Positions 59,259 through 64,000 of a DNA stretch of 64,000 nt are shown in pieces. The stretch lies in contig JANQGY010000005.1 in assembly GCA_028282845.1 (NCBI GenBank), positions 69,797-133,796 on the forward strand, read 5' to 3'. The notes under the pieces are model-generated. The model made no database searches. It was not told where the DNA came from and worked only from the letters and a program-made list of their open reading frames with translations. The stretch is from a bacterium (GTDB lineage Bacteria; Fidelibacterota; Marinisomatia; Marinisomatales; JAHJCW01). Position numbers and translations under genes: made by a program. The first letter of the stretch is position 1; every line of letters starts with the position of its first letter.

Positions 59259-62087
59259 TTGAATAAAAATAATTCACCAACAATCATCATTCGCGGTGCC
59301 CGCCAGCATAATCTAAAAAATGTTAATTTGGATATTCCGCGAAATAAACTTGTTGTCATCACGGGTCTTTCTGGTTCGGGGAAATCTTCGTTGGCATTCG
59401 ATACAATTTATGCTGAGGGCCAACGGCGTTATGTGGAATCCCTGTCATCTTATGCGCGCCAATTTCTCGGGCTTATGGAAAAGCCCGATATGGACTATAT
59501 TGAAGGTTTGTCGCCGGCCATCTCGATCGAGCAAAAGACGTCCGCGCGCAATCCAAGATCAACGGTAGGTACAGTAACCGAGATACACGACTATCTCAGA
59601 TTGCTATATGCGCATGTTGGCAAGCCGCATTGTTGGATTTGCGGTCGCCCGATCCAAAGACAAACGGTTCAACAGATTGTTGATGCCGTTAAAAAGTTTG
59701 CCAATAAATCACGGATCTATATTTTGGCTCCGGTTGTACGTGGGCGGAAAGGTGAACATAGGGGGGTATTCGAAGAAATTAAACGCGAAGGATTTTTAAG
59801 AGTACGCGTTGATGGAAGCCTCAAGAATCTTGATGAAAAAATAAAGCTGAACAAAAATAAAAAACATACCATCGAGGTTGTGATTGATCGTTTGGTATTA
59901 GAAGGAGATTTTCATGAGCGCCTGACCGAATCCATTGAATTGGGGCTGAAGATTGGGTCGGGACTAATATTGGTACATGAATTGCCGGACAATGACCATT
60001 TATTCAGCGAGCATTTTGCCTGTCCGCATTGTGAGGTATCATTGGAAGAATTAACACCACGTATGTTTTCCTTTAATTCTCCCTATGGTGCCTGCCCGGC
60101 CTGTGACGGCTTGGGCTCCAAAATGGAAATTGATCCGGAACTGGTCGTGCCGGATAAAAATAAGTCGTTGATTCAGGGCGCAATCGCACCACTTGGGGAA
60201 CAGCCACGCGGAAACTGGTACGGGAGCATATTGAAGAGCTTAGCCAAACATTATAACTTGAGTTTTACTAGACCTTGGTATAAAATTGATCCGAAAGTAA
60301 GAGAAATCTTACTGTACGGAACAGGCGGTGATCAATTTGAAATGACCTATACCTCTGATCGCTGGAGTGGAACCTATCGCGGTGGCTGGGAAGGCACAAT
60401 GAATAATTTAATGCGGCGCTATCAGCAGACACAGTCTTCCCATGTGCGGTCATGGATCGAACAATATATGCGAATGCAGCCCTGTCCCGAGTGTAGCGGA
60501 TCACGCTTGAAAAAAGAAAGCATGGCGGTTAAGGTGGGCAACAAGAATCTCGGTGAAATATCTAATATGAGTATTCGAGCGATGCTGTCATTTATCGGAA
60601 ATTTGAAATTAACCGCTACAGAAAAAGCAATCGCCGAACAAATATTGAAAGAAGTCTCAGATAGGCTTGGCTTTTTAGTAAATGTCGGATTGGATTATTT
60701 AACGCTTGAAAGATCTGCCACAACATTGTCCGGCGGAGAAAATCAGCGTATTCGGCTGGCAACGCAAATCGGTTCACAATTGGTCGGCGTATTGTATGTT
60801 TTAGACGAACCTTCAATTGGATTGCATCCCCGCGATAACACAAGGTTGCTAAACACCTTAAAAGCCTTGCGCGACTTGGGGAATTCGATTTTAGTGGTTG
60901 AACATGATCAGGAAACAATGGAAATGTCTGATCACATAATTGATATTGGCCCCGGTGCCGGTGAGCATGGCGGTGAAATAATTTTTTCCGGCGGACCTAA
61001 GCAATTACTTAAGTGCAAAGATTCGATTACGGCTCAATTCTTGTCCGGCGAAAAAGAAATTCAGATTCCGGATATCCGCAGAGAAGGCAATAAGCAGAGG
61101 CTTAAGATAAAGGGCGCCAAGGGTAACAATCTAAAAAAGGTGAACGTTGATTTTCCGCTTGGCAAACTTATTGTGGTTACCGGTGTATCGGGCAGCGGGA
61201 AGAGTACGCTTGTGAATGAAACCTTATATCCGATATTGGCCCGGGATCTGCATAAAGCCCGAAAATATCCGATGCGTTTCGACACGGTTGAGGGGCTGAA
61301 ATATCTTGATAAGGTGGTGGACATTGATCAAAAACCTATCGGGCGAACGCCGCGTTCGAATCCGGCGACTTATACGGGTGTATTTACATTTATCCGCGAT
61401 CTGTTTGCGCAACTGCCGGAGTCGAAATTGCGCGGTTATAAGCCCGGACGTTTTTCGTTTAATGTTAAGGGGGGTCGTTGTGAGGCTTGCCAGGGCGACG
61501 GGATAATTAAAATAGAGATGAATTTTTTACCCGACGTATATGTAACCTGTGAAGTTTGCAAGGGCAAACGATATAATCGTGAAACATTAGAGGTGAAATA
61601 TAAAGGTAAAAACATCGCAGAAGTCTTAGATATGTCTGTCGAGGATGCCTTGGATTTCTTTAAAAATATTCCCTCTGCCTTCCGTAAATTGACGACATTA
61701 AGTGAGGTTGGTTTGGGCTATATCCGCCTTGGACAACAGGCGACGACGCTATCGGGCGGCGAGGCGCAACGAGTTAAGTTGGCAACAGAACTATCGAAAG
61801 TAAGCAGTGATAAAACCGTATATATTCTTGACGAGCCGACAACCGGTTTACATTTTGCCGATGTACAAATGTTGTTGAAAGTACTGCAAACATTGGTTGA
61901 CAGAGGTAACACGGTGATAGTAATTGAACATAATTTGGATGTGATAAAATGTGCCGATTGGATAATTGATTTAGGACCGGAAGGAGGCGATGCCGGTGGT
62001 AAGGTTATTTTTTCAGGTACACCGGAGGATTTAGTTGGTTGTGAGAGATCATATACCGGTAAATTCCTTAAAGATAAACTGGGATAG
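59259..62087 (+). CDS. uvrA: Excinuclease ABC subunit A
   Basis: 942 aa. [11 protein letters not shown], two ABC modules ([18 protein letters not shown]; [16 protein letters not shown]), zinc modules CPHC...CPACDG and CEACQGDG...[12 protein letters not shown] start. Confidence 0.97.
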   Translation: MNKNNSPTIIIRGARQHNLKNVNLDIPRNKLVVITGLSGSGKSSLAFDTIYAEGQRRYVESLSSYARQFLGLMEKPDMDYIEGLSPAISIEQKTSARNPRSTVGTVTEIHDYLRLLYAHVGKPHCWICGRPIQRQTVQQIVDAVKKFANKSRIYILAPVVRGRKGEHRGVFEEIKREGFLRVRVDGSLKNLDEKIKLNKNKKHTIEVVIDRLVLEGDFHERLTESIELGLKIGSGLILVHELPDNDHLFSEHFACPHCEVSLEELTPRMFSFNSPYGACPACDGLGSKMEIDPELVVPDKNKSLIQGAIAPLGEQPRGNWYGSILKSLAKHYNLSFTRPWYKIDPKVREILLYGTGGDQFEMTYTSDRWSGTYRGGWEGTMNNLMRRYQQTQSSHVRSWIEQYMRMQPCPECSGSRLKKESMAVKVGNKNLGEISNMSIRAMLSFIGNLKLTATEKAIAEQILKEVSDRLGFLVNVGLDYLTLERSATTLSGGENQRIRLATQIGSQLVGVLYVLDEPSIGLHPRDNTRLLNTLKALRDLGNSILVVEHDQETMEMSDHIIDIGPGAGEHGGEIIFSGGPKQLLKCKDSITAQFLSGEKEIQIPDIRREGNKQRLKIKGAKGNNLKKVNVDFPLGKLIVVTGVSGSGKSTLVNETLYPILARDLHKARKYPMRFDTVEGLKYLDKVVDIDQKPIGRTPRSNPATYTGVFTFIRDLFAQLPESKLRGYKPGRFSFNVKGGRCEACQGDGIIKIEMNFLPDVYVTCEVCKGKRYNRETLEVKYKGKNIAEVLDMSVEDALDFFKNIPSAFRKLTTLSEVGLGYIRLGQQATTLSGGEAQRVKLATELSKVSSDKTVYILDEPTTGLHFADVQMLLKVLQTLVDRGNTVIVIEHNLDVIKCADWIIDLGPEGGDAGGKVIFSGTPEDLVGCERSYTGKFLKDKLG

Positions 62088-62142
62088 TATAAATTAGAAA
62101 AAACAAAGTCTCGGAAACTGTTTTGGGCTCAGCAGGATTTTT

Positions 62143-63582
62143 ATGAAACATAGTAATAACATACCGCTAATTATAGATTTGGACGGTTCATTGATATGTA
62201 CTGATACATTGTTCGAGTCCTGTTTGCTATTTATTAAAAAATATCCGTTAAGAATGTTCGCTTTATTAAAATGGTCTTGGGGCGGGAAAGCCCATTTTAA
62301 AAATGAGTTGTCAAAACATGTAATACCCAACGCAGAACTATTACCGTATCGAACAAAAGTGCTTGAACTTGCCAAGGAGGCGAAAATAGCAGGTAGAGAA
62401 GTATATCTAATTACCGGTGCAAATCAAAGGATAGCAGATAAGGTTTCAAAGATACACAATATATTTGTCACCACTATCGGTTCAAATAAAAACTTTAACC
62501 TGGAGGGCAAATCCAAGCTCGAAAAAATTAAGGAAACATTGGAAGCAAAGGAATTTGATTATATTGGTAATTCTAAATCGGATTTGCCAATGTGGGCTGA
62601 GGCCCGAACAGCGTTTATTTGTTCGAATAATAAGATATTGAAGAAACGCCTGAAAGCGGTAAATCAGGATATTGTTAGTATCGAATCGGAACGCAAACCG
62701 ACCATCCGACAAGGAATTAAAGAATTAAGAATTTATCAGTGGTCTAAAAATGTTCTTGTATTTTTGGCGCTATTTATGTCACATAGAATTTTAGAATTAG
62801 ATTTGCTCACGAATAATTTGGTGGCATTTATATCTTTTAGCTTAATCGCCTCATCCGTCTATATATTAAATGATTTGTTTGATTTGGAGTCTGATCGAAA
62901 ACACCCGACGAAAAAAAACCGACCCCTTGCTTCCGGCGCAATATCTATAGTAAGCGGCATACTCTCTGTACCGGCGTTATTGTTTTGCGGTTTTTTGCTT
63001 TCCTTAATATTATTACCGAGCAATTTCACGCTTATTCTATTGCTTTATTTTGTTACAACAACAGCATATTCATTATATCTGAAGGAAATACTATTTATTG
63101 ATGTGATTTTATTAGGTGCTCTTTATACTCTTAGGATTGTCGCGGGTGGACTTGCGACAGGTGTTGAAGTGTCTTCATGGCTTTTGGGCTTTTCCGGATT
63201 TTTCTTTTTGAGCTTAGCATTTATGAAGCGTTATACAGATCTGATTTTGTTTAAAAGAAATAGCCAAGAAGAACTATTTGGAAGAGGATATGCGATAGAA
63301 GATATGGATTTTGTACAAAAAACAGGGATTGCAAGTGGTTTCATATCATTGTTGATATTGGCATTATATATAACAAGCGAACAGGTTTTTGTACTGTATA
63401 GCGCCCCGTTGTTATTGTGGCTGACTATACCGGCAGTGTTATACTGGTTAATGAGGATGTGGTATATGGCTCATAAAGGAAAAATGACCGATGATCCTAT
63501 TATATATGCCATCAAAGACAAAAGTAGCTATGTTGTATTTATTATAGTTTTGATCACAATAATTGCTGCAACAATAATATAG
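62143..63582 (+). CDS. Fusion protein: N-terminal HAD-like phosphatase domain plus C-terminal UbiA-family prenyltransferase (decaprenyl-phosphate phosphoribosyltransferase-like)
   Basis: 479 aa. HAD motif I IIDLDGSL and late GNSKSDLPM. UbiA motif NDLFDLESDRKHPTKKNRPLASG with about 8 TM helices. Confidence 0.8.
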   Translation: MKHSNNIPLIIDLDGSLICTDTLFESCLLFIKKYPLRMFALLKWSWGGKAHFKNELSKHVIPNAELLPYRTKVLELAKEAKIAGREVYLITGANQRIADKVSKIHNIFVTTIGSNKNFNLEGKSKLEKIKETLEAKEFDYIGNSKSDLPMWAEARTAFICSNNKILKKRLKAVNQDIVSIESERKPTIRQGIKELRIYQWSKNVLVFLALFMSHRILELDLLTNNLVAFISFSLIASSVYILNDLFDLESDRKHPTKKNRPLASGAISIVSGILSVPALLFCGFLLSLILLPSNFTLILLLYFVTTTAYSLYLKEILFIDVILLGALYTLRIVAGGLATGVEVSSWLLGFSGFFFLSLAFMKRYTDLILFKRNSQEELFGRGYAIEDMDFVQKTGIASGFISLLILALYITSEQVFVLYSAPLLLWLTIPAVLYWLMRMWYMAHKGKMTDDPIIYAIKDKSSYVVFIIVLITIIAATII

Positions 63583-63675
63583 GATAATCTCTATTTTCCC
63601 ACTGAATATTTGGAAACCCCTTAAACCAAGTAGTATTTTCACGACCACAATATATTCCATTTTTGTCTATTTTGT

Positions 63676-64000
63676 ATGATTAATGAATTAAATATGACCA
63701 ATCCCGTTCCGAATGATGATGATCTTTCAATAGAAAAAACCATCCGTCCATCACATTTCGATGAATTTATCGGACAGAAAGAATTGGTTGAAAGTTTGAT
63801 GGTATATATTGAAGCCGCGAATAAACGCGATGATGCACTTGACCATGTTTTATTGTTCGGACCTCCCGGACTTGGCAAAACCACATTAGCCAATATAATT
63901 GCCAAGGAATTGAATGTAAATATTCGACCATCGTCCGGTCCCGTTCTGGACAGAGCCGGTGACTTGGCCGGAATGCTCACCAATCTTGAAGATCGGGATG
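63676..64000 (+). CDS. ruvB: Holliday junction branch migration helicase RuvB (N-terminal part; runs off the right edge)
   Basis: My translation gives (MINELN)[35 protein letters not shown]...[18 protein letters not shown]. The start is ATG 63676 or 63694. Confidence 0.9.
   Translation, partial: MINELNMTNPVPNDDDLSIEKTIRPSHFDEFIGQKELVESLMVYIEAANKRDDALDHVLLFGPPGLGKTTLANIIAKELNVNIRPSSGPVLDRAGDLAGMLTNLEDRD

Overview
Origin-proximal chromosomal segment of a diderm bacterium. The taxon is not identifiable from sequence alone. The exbB-exbD-exbD-tonB layout, lpx genes and an acidic lipoprotein N-terminus are compatible with an FCB-group-like lineage. I support 51 protein-coding genes, almost all housekeeping, and found no rRNA, tRNA, CRISPR array, transposase or integrase by eye.

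Layout:
- 1-16989, all on the minus strand and chained by 1-4 nt start/stop overlaps: gyrA (partial, GTG start), gyrB, DUF721, recF, dnaN, an AT-rich gap with a DnaA-box array, surA-like, parvulin-like lipoprotein, mfd, mnmG, mnmE, yidC, yidD, rpmH. There is no rnpA.
- 17184-19774, plus strand: dnaA, ssb, plsC-like.
- Mixed metabolic and envelope genes follow: M28 and M1 peptidases, a split lysine-ketoglutarate reductase / saccharopine dehydrogenase pair, aldo-keto reductase, Smr, tryptophanase-like lyase, ppdK, glutamate-cysteine ligase.
- A large Big_1-repeat lipoprotein is translationally coupled to a small outer-membrane beta-barrel.
- Then dihaem sdh/frdCAB, exbB-exbD-exbD-tonB, lpxK-DUF374-lpxB-Gfo/Idh/MocA, ychF, fabA and a divergent Y-x6-K enoyl reductase.
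- A low-GC orphan TPR/WD40 gene comes next, followed by acyl-CoA dehydrogenase, MFS and DMT transporters, yqgE, uvrA, a low-GC HAD-UbiA fusion, and ruvB (partial).

Most of the window is ordinary core genome, and I see no clear multi-gene novel system. The items most worth follow-up are:
1. The low-GC single-gene island encoding a 905-aa coiled-coil/TPR/8-blade WD40/Sel1-like protein.
2. The Big_1 surface lipoprotein plus coupled beta-barrel pair.
3. The unusual origin architecture: the DnaA-box array sits beside dnaN, 11 kb from dnaA, and two parS sites sit exactly on gene junctions.
4. The HAD-phosphatase::UbiA-prenyltransferase fusion.
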